Source: Octopus sinensis (Eukaryota). From it: a stretch of DNA of 64,000 nt. A program made the translations under genes and the position numbers. The notes beneath the pieces are model-generated. The model saw nothing but the letters and a program-made list of their open reading frames with translations, was not told the DNA's origin and ran no database searches. Shown here in pieces: positions 1 through 13,496 of this stretch; the stretch's first letter is position 1, and the number at the start of each line of letters is the position of its first letter. The stretch lies in NCBI RefSeq assembly GCF_006345805.1, contig NC_042997.1:208382001-208446000 (forward strand), written 5' to 3'.

Positions 1-102
1 TCACACACTGTGCCTCCCCAATACTCAACTACCTGATGTAGTTGTCATTCTTATCTTATTGCTTTTCTTTTTCTCACTGTTAACTTTAACACGTTGTTTT
101 TG

Positions 103-159
<57 letters not shown>

Positions 160-195
160 ATATATATATATGATGTATGTATATATATATATATA

Positions 196-272
<77 letters not shown>

Positions 273-285
273 GAATATATATATA

Positions 286-330
<45 letters not shown>
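103..330. repeat. (TA)n microsatellite, one of many in the window
   Basis: Visible directly; accounts for the YIYIY ORFs. Confidence 0.95.
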
Positions 331-331
<1 letters not shown>

Positions 332-1415
332 ATCACTATCATTCTTAGTCATACTAGTTCAGATAAGTATCCATCTCTTGATTGGCTATTTGAAACGTTA
401 TGAACTATGACTCTCTTTCTTCTTTGCCTGTGTACTTATACTCGCATCGTCCATACGATTATATAATATCTTAGCTTCGAACTCATATTATCATCGATCT
501 TTGGACTCTTTCTCCTAGATCCTCGGTAATCACGTACAGTTCGCCATCTACAAGTGATCCGGCAACAGCTATACAGCCAGCCTCGTTTAGGGATATTATC
601 CATAATGCACTTCTAGTTACTATAGACACTAACCCGGTTGTCATTCTTAGACGTTTCCTTACTCTATATATAAGCCTTATACCCATGCTAGTTATTGTCA
701 TGCATTATAGTATTCAAAATTAGTTAATATACTCTCTCATCTATGATCTTCATAGCGTAGTATAATACTATATGTACGATATACTATCATAGGATATTCA
801 TGGTGTTACTAGTGGCCTCAATATAGTATATTTCCTAGCTATACTCCAGTTAACTGTCTTATAGTAATATATTCATAATACATAATCAATATAACATACA
901 TGTTCATGCATGTTCCCAAATGGATCATAAGACCATCATATAAGCTGTACTCTATAACACTATTTCGATCGCCCCACCAGGTTCAATAACCACACTTTGA
1001 GCTTACACTGGGATATCCATCATATTTGGTCTTTAGAGATAGTGTGATTATACATGAAGATTCCATATGTAAGCCCTATACTAACGGCGGAAGTGCGTTT
1101 AGCACATGATGCTTCAACGTTAGCTACCACATACCTGTCTAGGACAGAGTTTTCGATCAGACATGTGACTATGTGGTCCCCTAGAACGTACATGCCTGTG
1201 CCCCAGGTTATATATGATAGTAGTATATATAGACTGCGATGTATAAGTTTATAACTGTATTTCCCTTCGTATCATAACGCTAGCTAACCGAAGTGTGTTG
1301 TGTTTTCGCATCTGTCAGTTGTATCTTGACACAGTATTTATTGTATAGATAAATCTAGTTGAGGTCTCTGTCTCTTTTGTATCTTATATATCATAGTTAT
1401 TATATATCATAATAT

Positions 1416-1580
1416 ACGATGGCTTCTTTCAGTTTCCGTCTACCAAACCACTCACAAGACTTTGATCAGCCCAAGGCTATAGTAGAAGACACTTACCCAC
1501 TATGCCATCAGTGGGGCGAACCCAGACATGTGGTTTGGCACCTCTACCACACAGTGGAAGCGTTCCAACATGACCATGCC
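1416..1580 (-). mobile_element. tRNA-derived SINE, family A, degraded 5' half
   Basis: cttctttcagtttccgtctaccaaa...ggctatagtagaagacactt matches the copies at 11901, 32808 and 43900. Confidence 0.8.
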
Positions 1581-2403
1581 GTCTGTCTAGTATTTGTACT
1601 GAGTATACAATTGTTAGGGAGATTTGGCTGTTGTTGTTGTTGCTGTCGTCTTTGTTGTAGCTAATTACTAATGCAGTAATTATCATCTGTTCAAAATATT
1701 TGAACATATTTTTAATATCGCCCCCCCTCCACCTCTGTGGGACATTTTCATTGTTAGTGTGTGTGTGTGTGTGTTGTGTGTGTGTGCGTGCGTGTGCGTG
1801 CGTGTGTGTGTGTGTGTATGTGTGTGTGTGTGTGGTGCGTGTGTGTGTGTGTGTGTGTAAGTTTACTCATGTGTGTATCTATATGTATGTGTTTGTTTTC
1901 GTGTCTTTATATCCTTCTGTGCGTGTATGTGTGTGCGCGCGCGTGTGTGTGTGTGCGTGTGTGACATTTGACACAAATTTTGATTATTGTTGTTCTTTTT
2001 GTTCTCATATTTGTTTGTTGTTATGCTTGTTCTTATTGTTGCGGTCACTATAGGTTGTATTGTTGTTAACGTATTCGTTATTGTTAGATTTGTTGATGCT
2101 GTTGTTGTTATCGCTGATGTATTTGTAATTATTGGTTGTTGACAAATGTTATTGTTGTATTTGTTGTTGTAATACCCAGTCACCAAATACGGGTAAAACT
2201 ATTTCTTCCTCAATAAACACTTAAAATAAACGCTATAAAACCCGATGGTTTTTCTTCCGTCAACACATTGTCAAAGAGACATTAAGACCCGCACAAACAC
2301 AAATGTTTTCTCTACACCGCGCTAAACAAACCATGACTTCCAGTAATTAACCCAACCTCTCTCTCTCTCTCTCTCTCTCTCCCTCTCACGTCTCTCTCTC
2401 GTC

Positions 2404-2506
<103 letters not shown>

Positions 2507-2680
2507 TTTTTCTTTTTCTCAAACCCTCTCGCCCTAATTAACCCCAACACACTCTTTTTCATCCTACCTCATATCTCTTTAAACTACGTTTAGCTAAGAA
2601 TTTCTTCCTCATTCTGTCTCTCTCTCCCTTTCACTCCTCTCTCTTCCTCCCTCGCTCTCTCCTTGTGTGTATGTGTGTAT

Positions 2681-2737
<57 letters not shown>

Positions 2738-2832
2738 GAGATATATAGACATATACATACATACGTGTGTGTCTGTGTGTGTGTATATTTGTGTGTACAT
2801 ACATATATACTTTTGTTAGTTTTTATGTTGAA

Positions 2833-3214
2833 CTAGCAGTATCGCCCGGCGTTGCTCGGGTTTGTAAGGGAAATAACTATACAAGCATTTTTAGAGATGT
2901 ATAGTACAATAGCCATCTCAATATGGCTAACCACAAAGGGGGGGTGTTACTGTAGCTTTTTACGTTCTGAGATTTAATAAATTTTTAGAGAGTTACTTCC
3001 CTTATAAATGCATTAAAAATGGGAAAAATTGATGGTAATTTTTTTTTTATCGTAGACTCATCGTAGACGCGCGCTAATACCCAGAAGGGCTCGATATGAA
3101 TCACGACTATAAGATACCCGGTTTTGGTTAAACTGCACCGCAAAATGTGGGAGTAGTTAGGAATCTAAATCGTAGGAGACAGACAGCACACAACCTCACT
3201 TTTATATATAAAGA
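2833..3214 (-). mobile_element. Non-autonomous Helitron
   Basis: Minus strand starts TC (tctttatatataaaagtg) and ends CTAG; GC hairpin cccggcgttgctcggg ~12 nt from the 3' end; inserted between A and T with no TSD. Confidence 0.85.
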
Positions 3215-3540
3215 TTATAAACAATTTAGCATTAAACTGAAGAATTAATACCTTTTGTAGCGTCCATGTCTAGTATTCTTTAACAAGAGAAGGAGTAGCA
3301 GTGACTGCTAAGTTTTGGTCTGCTAGTCAGACCGACAAAGGAGAAGATGCTGAAACCTCTCTTCTTGTAAAAGTTTTATATATATACATACATACATACA
3401 TACACAAACATACACACACGTATGTGTGTGTATATATATATATTCGACATGATAGATCGCTTGCCACTATAGCTTTTTCTATTTTCTCTCTCTGTTTATA
3501 ACCGTGTTCCTTTCTATCTGTGAATTCTCACTATATATGT

Positions 3541-3662
<122 letters not shown>

Positions 3663-4749
3663 TATATACGCAAAGAAATCATTAAAAAGTGCAACCATGT
3701 TTCATCAACCGGAAGTAAAGCAAAGTGGACCTGCGTAACTATAGCTTCATATACCTCAAACTATTCAACAATCATAACGTCATAGTTAGTTACAGGTCCA
3801 CAGAAAACTTGCCAAATTTATCGCTAGAAGAAATGGTAAGAACGTAGCATGTAAGAACTAACCAAACCCTTTATTGCAACTACAGCAAAGATAATTCCTG
3901 TCCTCTTAGCAGATGTCTAACAAAAGTGTGAGAAGGTTTTTACATTCTGTTTTGAAATCCTGATGAAATCGAAGTTGTGTTTTCTTCTAGAAGCCTTGGA
4001 CTGGTCGCAACACTTGCGTTTTTGACTAACGCATAAAAGACAATTTTTCCTGGTTCTTTAAACTTAGTACCAGTAATATACTGGGTTAATTCAGTTGACC
4101 AAGCTTACAAATCCTTAATGTTGTCACTAAAGTAAAAAAAAGGTCTATTTAAATGTCAAAATATCTGAGATGAATTCTTGTTAATGAGATTATAATTATT
4201 CGAACTAATTAACCGTAATTTTAGAAATGAAATATCATCAATGTGTACACTTGTAATTAGAATCATTTTCCATGCAAAGACATCATTCCAATTCTTTCCG
4301 TATGGAAACGGCATCTCTCATCCGCGTCCCTTTTTTTCTATCTCCCTCCTTCCCCCTCTTTCTCTCTTTCACACACGCACAGCACTCCATATTTTTTCAG
4401 GGAATGTGCCAACAATCTCAGACACTCGACATAAAGTGCACCGTCGACATAACTATGCGGGTCTGTGGAATATCGCAAGAATAACACGTGACCACAAAAC
4501 GTGACGTGATGCCACACGAGTCATTGCATGCAGCACCGACCACAAGACCATCTGATGCTAACAAAACCATTATAGCAGCTTTCTCTTGTCTTTCATTCTT
4601 CCACTTTCTCCATCACGTTCACCACCCGGAAGGTTCTTCTCTTCCTGTTTCCTTTCCAAAGATTCATGGTGGTTGTTCTTTGAGGAAATGGCTTTACCAA
4701 AGTCTTCCATTGTCATTGAAGTATCGGTATTTTGCCTGAAATACTTGTT

Positions 4750-4960
4750 TCAGGTTTAGGGACAAACCCAATAGATTCCGAGTGGAGGAATTAACCGATA
4801 TCATTGATTCCCGTTCTTCACTTAGCACTTTGTTTTATTGGTGCCGGAAAAGTGAAAAATAAGTTGACTTTAGCGCTATTTGAACTTGGTATGTAGAGAA
4901 CCGGAAGAAATGCTACAAATTGTTTTTCAGACACTCTACTGATTCTGTAAGGACCTGCCA
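4750..4960 (-). mobile_element. Old Meta-SINE-type copy (family B)
   Basis: Diverged match to 11141-11350 and 46627-46852. Confidence 0.55.
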
Positions 4961-5024
4961 TGCTGTGTCATTATTGTTAGAGGGATTCATGTTGAGAGTT
5001 ATTGTTGTTGTTGTTGCTATTCTG

Positions 5025-5450
5025 GCACTTTTTCTTTTTCTTCTTTTTCTCCTTCTTTTTCTTCTGCTTCTTTTTCCTTTTCTTCTTCTTTCACTTCTTT
5101 TTCTTCTACTTGTGCTTCTTCTTCTTCTTCTTCTTCTCTTCTTCTTCTTCTTCTTCTTCTTCTTCTCCTCCTTTTTCTCCTTCTTCTTCTCCTCCTTTTT
5201 CTCCTTCTTCTTCTCCTTCTTATTCTCCTCCTTTTTCTCATTCTTCTTCTTCTTCTTCTTGTACTTCATCCACTTCCTCTTGTACTTCCTTTTCTTATTG
5301 TACTTCTTTTTCTCCTTTTTTTCTTCTTATTGTACTTCTTTTTCTCCTTTTTTTCTTCTTCTTGTACTTCTTTTTCTCTTTCTTTTTTTCTTCTTGTACT
5401 TCATCCACTTTATCTTGTACTTCCATTTCTTCTTGTACCTCGTCTTCTTC
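5025..5450. repeat. (CTT)n/pyrimidine-rich low-complexity tract
   Basis: Visible directly. Confidence 0.9.
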
Positions 5451-5759
5451 TACTTGCAGTTGTTTGCGTCAGACCAGACGAAACAGATTTATGGCGAAAC
5501 GCAATCTCATAGTTAAAGACAGTCAATCGGACATGACAAAATATGATGTGTCTTTCCTTTTCGAAGTCGGTAGGATTTGATTTGAGATGGAATTAGCTGT
5601 TATTTCTAGCAGGCCAAACGTCTACGCCTGACCTGGGGCTAGCTAAATAGCAAGAACATTTTTTACAGCCATCAATCAAACTGTCAGTTTTTCATCAACG
5701 TTTTAAATGAACCCTGAAGCAGCTTCTTACTCGACTAATGGTGCATTTAACCTCTTCCC

Positions 5760-5799
<40 letters not shown>

Positions 5800-6356
5800 C
5801 TCGCTCTTACTCTCCCTGAAGTTGCCTGACTGTCTACCTCTCTGTTTGTCTGCACGGCTCGCTTCTTCGCTATTGGTTTCACAGTGTGTCTGTCTGTATG
5901 TCTGGCTGGCTGACTGAGAGACTGCTAAGTGGCTGTTTAAAGAATTGGGAGGCGACCAGATTTACGGGATGACATAGAGGAAGATAGGAAGGTGTGTGAG
6001 AGAAAAGAGAAAGAGCGAGCGAGGGAGAGAGAGGGAGAGAGAGAGTGGTAGTATCAGAGGGAGAGAGGTTGAGGGGACAGAAAAAAAAGGGAGAAGTACA
6101 AAAAAGACAGAGATTGGAGACAGGGAATGAGAAGGGGAAAAACAAAATGGTAGAGATGGATATAAAGAGAAAAAAAGAGGGTGGAGAGAGAGAGAGAGAG
6201 AAAGACAAAAGCAGTGATGGATACTAAGAGAGAAAAAGGAAGAAAGAAAGAAAGAAGAAAGAAAGAAAGAAAGAAAAAGAAAGAAAGAAAGAAAGAAAGA
6301 AGGAACTAATAAGACAAAAGAGTTAGAAAGGAGAAAGAGAAACAGCGGACATTAAG

Positions 6357-6387
<31 letters not shown>

Positions 6388-6790
6388 GGAACGTATATGG
6401 GCGAGAGAGAAAGAAGATTGGCAGATTGTGTTGTGCGATGATACGGTGTCAATAGGGGGAGGTAACTGCTCTCTTTTGTGGGAGAACGATGTCAATAGGG
6501 AGAGGTTAGTGCTCTCCGCTTTCACCGTTCTTTGCCTTTCCGATAAAACTTTTTAACTGGACCGAGACGTGCTGGGCAATGGAGCGTATCATTTGGCTAT
6601 TGTCGACCAGAGTGGCAAGAAGGGACACAGCGCAACACACACGCACACACACGCACGCACGCACGCATGCATGAATGCGTGCATGCATGCGCATATGTAC
6701 ACCCGTGCATACATATACACATATACACATAAATACATACATCCACCGGTATATGTGCACAGAACCATACATGCACACACACACATAAAC

Positions 6791-6825
<35 letters not shown>

Positions 6826-7183
6826 CACGCATGTACAGCCATGCATACATACACATATACTCATAAATACATACACTGGTATATGTGCACAGAACCATAC
6901 ATGCACACACACACAGATACACACACAGAACACACATACATATACACACGCTCACACGCATACTTACGTACGCTTACAGACACACATTGCAGAGATTAAC
7001 AAACATCAAGACACAAACACTTGCATACACACACACACAGACTATCACACACACACACACCACACAGACGCATACACATATATAGCCATAAATACACGTG
7101 TATGGGATGCGAGCACATACACTTTCATTCACACATATACCACACATACACACAGACACACATCCACACACACAAACGCTCAA

Positions 7184-7218
<35 letters not shown>

Positions 7219-7527
7219 AACGCGTGCATAATGATGCAATTTTTGAGCGGGAGTGGTTTAGGGTGAGCGAGAATGCATTAACGAGAATGTCATGACGAGA
7301 AAAAATGTTACAGATAATATTTTTTGTGTGTGTGTGTGTGTGTGTAATTGTGTGATTATGTCTGTGTGTGATTATGTGTCTGTGTGTGATTATGTCTGTG
7401 TGTGTGTTTGTGCGTGTGCGAGAGAGACATTTGCCAACATCAAACGGGGACAGTGTCATTAACTATGGGTGACTTAACAGAACAACGTTTTATTTCGTTA
7501 CACTAACAACAATGACTACTGCTGCTG

Positions 7528-7578
<51 letters not shown>

Positions 7579-7894
7579 TTACTACTACTACTGCTGCTAC
7601 TACTGCTACTACTACTACTACTACAATAACAACAAATATAAACAACTAGAAATATCATCGAGAAAACTAGTTTTTTTTACTTGTTAAATGCATTGTTGTT
7701 GTTGTTGTTGTTGTTGTAGATTCGCTTTGCTACTTGTTTTAGTTAGGTTTTTGTTGTTGTTTTTTTTTTTGTTGTTGTGAGTTTTATTTTGTGTTTAGTT
7801 GTTTTTCTTCTATTTTATTGGTTTGTTAATGTATATTTTTTTTTTCGGCGGATGGACGTCGGTTTTGTTGCAACATTAAACATGTCATGAACAT

Positions 7895-9370
7895 AGAGAA
7901 GAGGAAGGAGAAGAGGAAGAAGACGAAGAAGAAGAAGAAGAAGAAAAGGAAGAAGAAGAAGAAGAAGAAGAAGAAAGAAAAGGAAGAAGAAGAAGAAGAA
8001 GAAGAAGAAGAGGAAGAGGAAGAAGAAGAGAAGAAAAGGAAGAAGAAAGAAGAAAAGAAGAAGAAAAGAAGAAGAAAAGAAGAAGAAGAAAAGAAGAAGA
8101 AGAAGAAGAAAAGGAAGAAGAAGAAGAAGAAGAAGAAGAAAAGAAGAAGAAAAGGAAGAAGAAGAAGAAGAAAAGGAAGAAGAAGAAGAAGAAGAAGAAG
8201 AAGAAAAGAAGAAGAAGAAAAGGAAGAAGAAGAAGAAGAAGAAGAAAAAAGGAGAAGAAGAAAAGGAAGAAGAAGAAGAAGAAGAAGAAGAAGAAAAGGA
8301 AGAAGAAGAAGAGAAAGAAAAGAAGAAAAAAGGAAGAAGAAGAAAAGAAAAGAAGAAGAAAAGAAGAAGAAGAAGAAGAAGAAGAAGAAGAAAAGGAAGA
8401 AGAAGAAGAAGAAGAAAAGGAAGAAGAAGAAAAGGAAGAAGAAGAAAAGGAAGAGAAGAAAAGAAGAAGAAGAAGAGAAAAGGAAGAAGAAAGAAGAAGA
8501 AGAAGAAAAGAAGAAGAAGAAAAGGAAGAAGAAGAAGAAGAAGAAGAAGAAGAAGAAAAGGAAGAAGAAAGAAGAAGAAGAAGAAAGAAGAAAGGAAGAA
8601 GAAGAAAAGGAAGAAGAAGAAGAAGAAGAAAAGGAAGAAGAAGAAGAAGAAGAAGAAGAAAAGGAAAAGAAGAAGAAGAAGAAGAAAAGGAAGAGAAGAA
8701 AAGGAAGAAGAAGAAAAGGAAGAAGAAGAAGAAGAAAAGGAAGAAGAAGAAAAGGAAGAAGAAGAAGAGAAGAAGAAGAAGAAGAAGAAAAGGAGAAGAA
8801 GAAAAGGAAGAAGAAGAAGAAGAAGAAGAAGAAGAAAAAGGAAGAAGAAGAAAAGGAAGAAGAAGAAGAAGAAGAAGAAAAGAAAAGAAGAGAGAAGAGA
8901 AGAGAAGAAGAAGAAAAGAAGAGAAGAAGAAGAAGAAGAAGAAGAAGAAGAAGAAGGAAGAAGAAGAAAAGGAAAAGAAGAAGAAGAAGAAGAAAAGGAA
9001 GAAGAAGAAGAAGAAGAAGGAAGAAGAAGAAGAAGAAGAAGAAAAGGAAGAAGAAGAAGAAGAAGAAGAAAAGGAAGAAGAAAAGGAAGAAGAAGAAAAG
9101 GAAGAAGAAGAAGAAGAAGAAGAAGAAGAAGAAGAAAGGAAGAAGAAGAAGAAGAAGGAAGAAGAAGAAAAGGAAGAAGAAGAAGAAGAAGAAGAAGAAA
9201 AGGAAAAGAAGAAGAAGAAGAAGAAGAAGAAGAAGAAAAGGAAGAAGAAGAAGAAGAAGAAAAGGAAGAAGAAGAAGAAGAAGAAGAAGAAGAAGAAAAG
9301 GAAGAAGAGAAGATGAAGAAGAAGAAGAAGAAGAAGAAGAAGAAGAAGAAAGAAGAGAAGAAGAAGAAGA
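7895..9370. repeat. ~1.5-kb (GAA)n polypurine tract
   Basis: Almost only G/A on the + strand; the 505/536-aa ORFs are artefacts of it. Confidence 0.95.
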
Positions 9371-9471
9371 ATTCTTTCTTTATTGGCCTCAAGGGTTCAT
9401 GTAGGCAATAGGAAATGTCGTACACATGCAGCTAAAAAGATGTGGGGATGAGTTTGTGTGCATGTATAGGA

Positions 9472-10834
9472 ACAGGCGTGGCTGTGTGGTAAGAAGCTTT
9501 CTTCGAACCACATGGATCGGGGTTCAGTCCCACTACGTGCCACCTTGGGTAAACGTCTTCGGATCTTTTTCCTTTTGATGGACGGAATTTTCTAGTCAAC
9601 CAAACAATTTGAAACTTCGTATACTGGTAGAATGTCAAAAGAAAAACATTATTGTAAACAAAATTGAAAACAAAATTGTAATTTCTAAGTTTAACGTAGT
9701 TTAATGATTCGAATTTTAACCAATGAAATCCCAGCATCTTCGAATTTTAACCAATGAAATCCGAGTATTTGAGCTCAAGTCATTTGCTGCGTTATCGATA
9801 TTGATAAAGAAACATAGCAGACGCATGCCGCATACACACACACACACACACACACACACATATTCAGATACATACACACGTACACTTGAATACACACACA
9901 CACACACACTCTCTCTCTCTGTCACTCTCTCTCTGACACACTCTCTCTCTCTCTCTCAAACACATGCATATACATTTGCACAAGCACATAGTAATTAATA
10001 TATAAGCGTACACACACATACAAACGGACATATACATACACATACATACGCACACAAGCATACATACACGTTCGTGAGTTGCCCCTTGCCGCAAAAAATT
10101 TACACAAAAGGTAAATAAACCAGAAGGGGTGGTCAATGTTTCATCGTTTCGGGGTCGATAAATTAAGTACCAATTATGCACTGGTGTCGAGGATTTTTTT
10201 CCCAATTTATATCACAGCCTCTGACAAGCTGGGGCATCCTTTTCTGAAAAAATATTTTGCAAATTTTTACAATACGACTCACACTCACACTCCACCACGC
10301 GCAAACTCTAGACCGCTTTTAGTATTTAGTTATTGTTGTTGTTTTGTTGTTTCTTCTGGCCCTTCAAAACCATGGGAGAAGCCTTTTCGGTAAAAAAAAG
10401 ATAAAGAAAATAATTCAAAAATATCGTTAATATTTTTATTGGGCGACGAAATTCATCGATTTAAGAGATATAGCTGTTATTTCTAGCACATGCAGAGCAC
10501 ATGCAGAAGACAGAAGACAGAAGAGCGAGAAGGATGAATAAGACGTGTGTGTGGGGGTTTTTAGACGCAGCAAATAGTTTGAGCTCAAATGGTAGGATTT
10601 CATTGGTTAAAATTCGAATCATTAAACTACGTTAAACTTAGAAATTACAATTTTGTTTTCAATTTTGTTTACAATAATGTTTTCTTTTGACACATTCTAC
10701 CAGTATACGAAGTTTCAAATTTTTTAGAAAATTCCGTCCATCAAAAGGAAAAGATCCACGTCTTCTACTATAGCCTCGATCCGACCAAAGCCTTGTGAGT
10801 GGGTTTGGCAGGCGGAAACTGAAAGAATCTCGTC

Positions 10835-10880
<46 letters not shown>

Positions 10881-11125
10881 TATATTATATATATATATGG
10901 CCACAGTCTAAAGGGTGAGACAAGTAAAAGATAAAAGATGTGTGTGTGTGTGTGTGTGTGTGTGTCTTTGTCTTTGTATCTGAGTGCGTCCTGCCCACTA
11001 CCGCTTGACAAAGCGCTGTTAGTGTGTTTATGTCCCGGTAAATCATTCGACTAAAAAAATCTCTTGAAGACGGTGTACCAGCAGGGCCACAGTCTAATGA
11101 CTAAAACAACTAAAGGATAAAACAA
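9472..11125 (+). mobile_element. SINE family A split by a DNA transposon (5' part 9472-9560, remainder 10758-11125)
   Basis: tRNA-like head ggctgtgtggtaag...gggttcagtccc; sequence resumes at tcttctactatagcc...ggaaactgaaag; 3' part cgcttgacaa...cagtctaatgactaaaacaac. Confidence 0.85.
9561..10757. mobile_element. Non-autonomous DNA transposon with ~200-230-bp TIRs and 8-bp TSD ACGTCTTC
   Basis: Ends GGATCTTTT...AAAAGATCC; 9561-9790 is the reverse complement of ~10565-10757; ACGTCTTC at 9553-9560 and 10758-10765. Confidence 0.9.
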
Positions 11126-11140
11126 ATGTGTATATATATA

Positions 11141-11350
11141 TGGCTAAACACAGAGAGGACAAACAAGGACAGACAAACAGATTAAGTCGATTATATCGAC
11201 CCAGTGCGTAACTGGTACTTATTTAATCGACCCCGAAAGGGTGAAAGGTAAAGTCGACCTCGGCGCAATTTGAACTCAGAACGTAACGGCAGACGAAATA
11301 CGGCTACGCATTTCGCACGGCGTGCTAACGTTTCTGCCAGCTCGCTGCCT
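11141..11350 (-). mobile_element. tRNA-derived Meta-SINE-type element (family B)
   Basis: Minus strand: gagctggcagaaacgttagcacgcc...gagttcaaat...gtcgacttt...cctttcggggtcgattaaataagtaccag. Confidence 0.85.
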
Positions 11351-11581
11351 TAAGAAAGTAGTTTAATAAAGAGGCATATAAGCCCTCAACAGGAAAAAGA
11401 AGGCTTTCCTATGCTATATGCCCCTTTATTAGACTATTTTCCTTAGTCATTGCACGGTGATCGCTATGTGCTTTAAACTTATATAAAAATACCATTATTA
11501 TTATTTACAGGATTGTAAAAACGGCGCCGAATAAAAAACCATTCGCACCGAAATCATATATATATATATGTGTGTGTGTGT

Positions 11582-11830
11582 AGTTAATGTCCATTTAAAA
11601 GAAGAAAAGAAAATAGAGATAAGGAAGTTAATAATTGTTTATTATTAACAATTTGTTGTTAATAATAAACAATTATTTACTTCCTTGTCTGCATTTTCTT
11701 TTCTTCTCTTAAATGGACATTAACTTACTGTTTCAAGAGAACTTCATTCCCCCAAAATACTAGGTATTGAACCAGTATTTCCTACGATGCAACCATCCCT
11801 TCACGTGGTTAACATATCCTCTAATTAAAT
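11582..11830. repeat. ~145-bp palindrome (11582-11725) plus unique tail, between microsatellites
   Basis: agttaatgtccattta...taaatggacattaact arms; same layout as 43573-43870. Confidence 0.8.
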
Positions 11831-11856
11831 TTATACACACACACATATATATATAT

Positions 11857-11900
<44 letters not shown>

Positions 11901-11902
<2 letters not shown>

Positions 11903-12065
11903 GACGGGGTTCTTTGAGTTTCCGTCTACCAAATCCACTCACAAGGCTTTGGTCAGCCCGAAGCTATAGTAAAAGATACTTGCCCAAAGCTGCCATGCAG
12001 TGAGCCTGAACCCGAAACCATGTAGCTAGTGAGCAAGCTACGTACCACACAGCCACTCCAGCGCC
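11901..12065 (-). mobile_element. SINE family A, 5' half
   Basis: ggcgctggagtggctgtgtggta...ggatttggtagacggaaact on the minus strand, followed by (TA)n. Confidence 0.85.
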
Positions 12066-12459
12066 TATATATATATATATATATATAAACACAGAAAGAA
12101 TAAAGAGAGAGTAAATATATAGAAATATATATATTGCTGTGTGTGTGTATTCAATTGAAATAAACGGATAAAAAACGAAAAAATATAAGAAGAAAAACAG
12201 GAACAGAAGTGAGTCCGTACCCAAGAAATGTATTAACTTGACGCTCGGTGAAAGGAGGGAGTTTAATGTTTCGAGCGCAGCTCTTCGTCGGAAAGGAGAA
12301 AAGAGAAAAAGTCCAAAGAAAGATGAGAAGAAATCGCCAAGGGGTCACTTGTAGTTACTTTCAATCGTCACTAATTGTGACTGACGGTGCAAGGTAGCAC
12401 CTACATTGCTAGAAATAAGAATTAAAAACCCTTAGAGCCGAAAAAGAAGCACATAGATA

Positions 12460-13496
12460 TATATACAAACCCGCAAGATGATGACATCAACTGGAAACTC
12501 CCTCAGAAACAGTGATATTGACTGATTCTACCTAAGAAGAGATAAAAGTGGCAGAGACCTGAAATCAGGACAAATAGCCTTCGAATGTCAAATAGTTTCT
12601 CTCAGACATCGCTTGCTAAACAGCACCAGAAAAAATAAATGCATCAACTTAGTGCCGAAAAGTGGAGAGAACAACATCCTACTTGTCGACAGTAAGCTCC
12701 TCAGGCACCACTCTCTTTCTTATGACCTCCCATACAACCCCAAAACAGCCGGACTAGTATATCTCAAAGAAGACCTGGGTGGGAATCGCCCAATAAACCA
12801 AAGAAAGACCATGCATGGATCCCGTAGACTCGAAAAAATAGTAACATTGATATGAAGTGAAGCATCTCTTGGACTCGTGACAGCTACATCACACCTCGAA
12901 GGTTACACATTTGCAATCCAAGAACGGGATATTGCTACGAAATAGCTAATCAACAAAAGAGACAATTAAGCCTTTGGAGTTCCAAGATGCAACCGAAAAT
13001 ATAAATTATGTCATATTTCTGAGGAAGACATCACACATGTGATTAGCAGCTGCCAAAAATGTCACCAAGGTGCTACCGTTCTATGCGACATGACGTTGAC
13101 GCAAAAACAATATTCTATGCCATTCGTAAGAAAAGAACTGTGCTGGAATAAATACATAGGAATTCCTCTGTTATTGAATATAAACATCAATACAATGAAT
13201 ACTGGTGGAACATTCCCATCAAAACGTCTATCAAGTGTAAGCATAACTTGACGGATATTGTTATTTGGGACAGACAAGAAAAAGTATGTAGCATCATAAA
13301 AGCCAGCTTCCCCGCTGATAAGAATTTTTCTTTGAAAATCAAAGATAAAGAGGATAACTATGGATAACTGTTTCGAAATCTGCTTCTATAACCAGATTAG
13401 AGATTCACATTTATATCAATAAGAAATGGTGCATTTGGTTTCGTGAGTAAATACCTAAGTAACAATCTGGATAAGCTAGGCTTTTCAGAAAATGAT
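12460..13496 (+). mobile_element. Decayed RLE-type non-LTR retrotransposon (R4/Dong-like), C-terminal part
   Basis: Broken frames give LEGYTFAIQE, a degenerate CCHC knuckle (KLCHISEEDITHVISSC), RHD, HNLTDIVIWD and KIKDKEDNYG. Confidence 0.7.

Noticed and set aside
7815-9425. 536-aa and 505-aa ORFs
   Set aside because: Translations of the (GAA)n tract with no coding signal
12255-12300. HHR-like CCGACGA-AGAGC..GCTC-GAAACATTA on the minus strand
   Set aside because: U4 is changed and stem I does not pair; probably a degenerate PLE remnant
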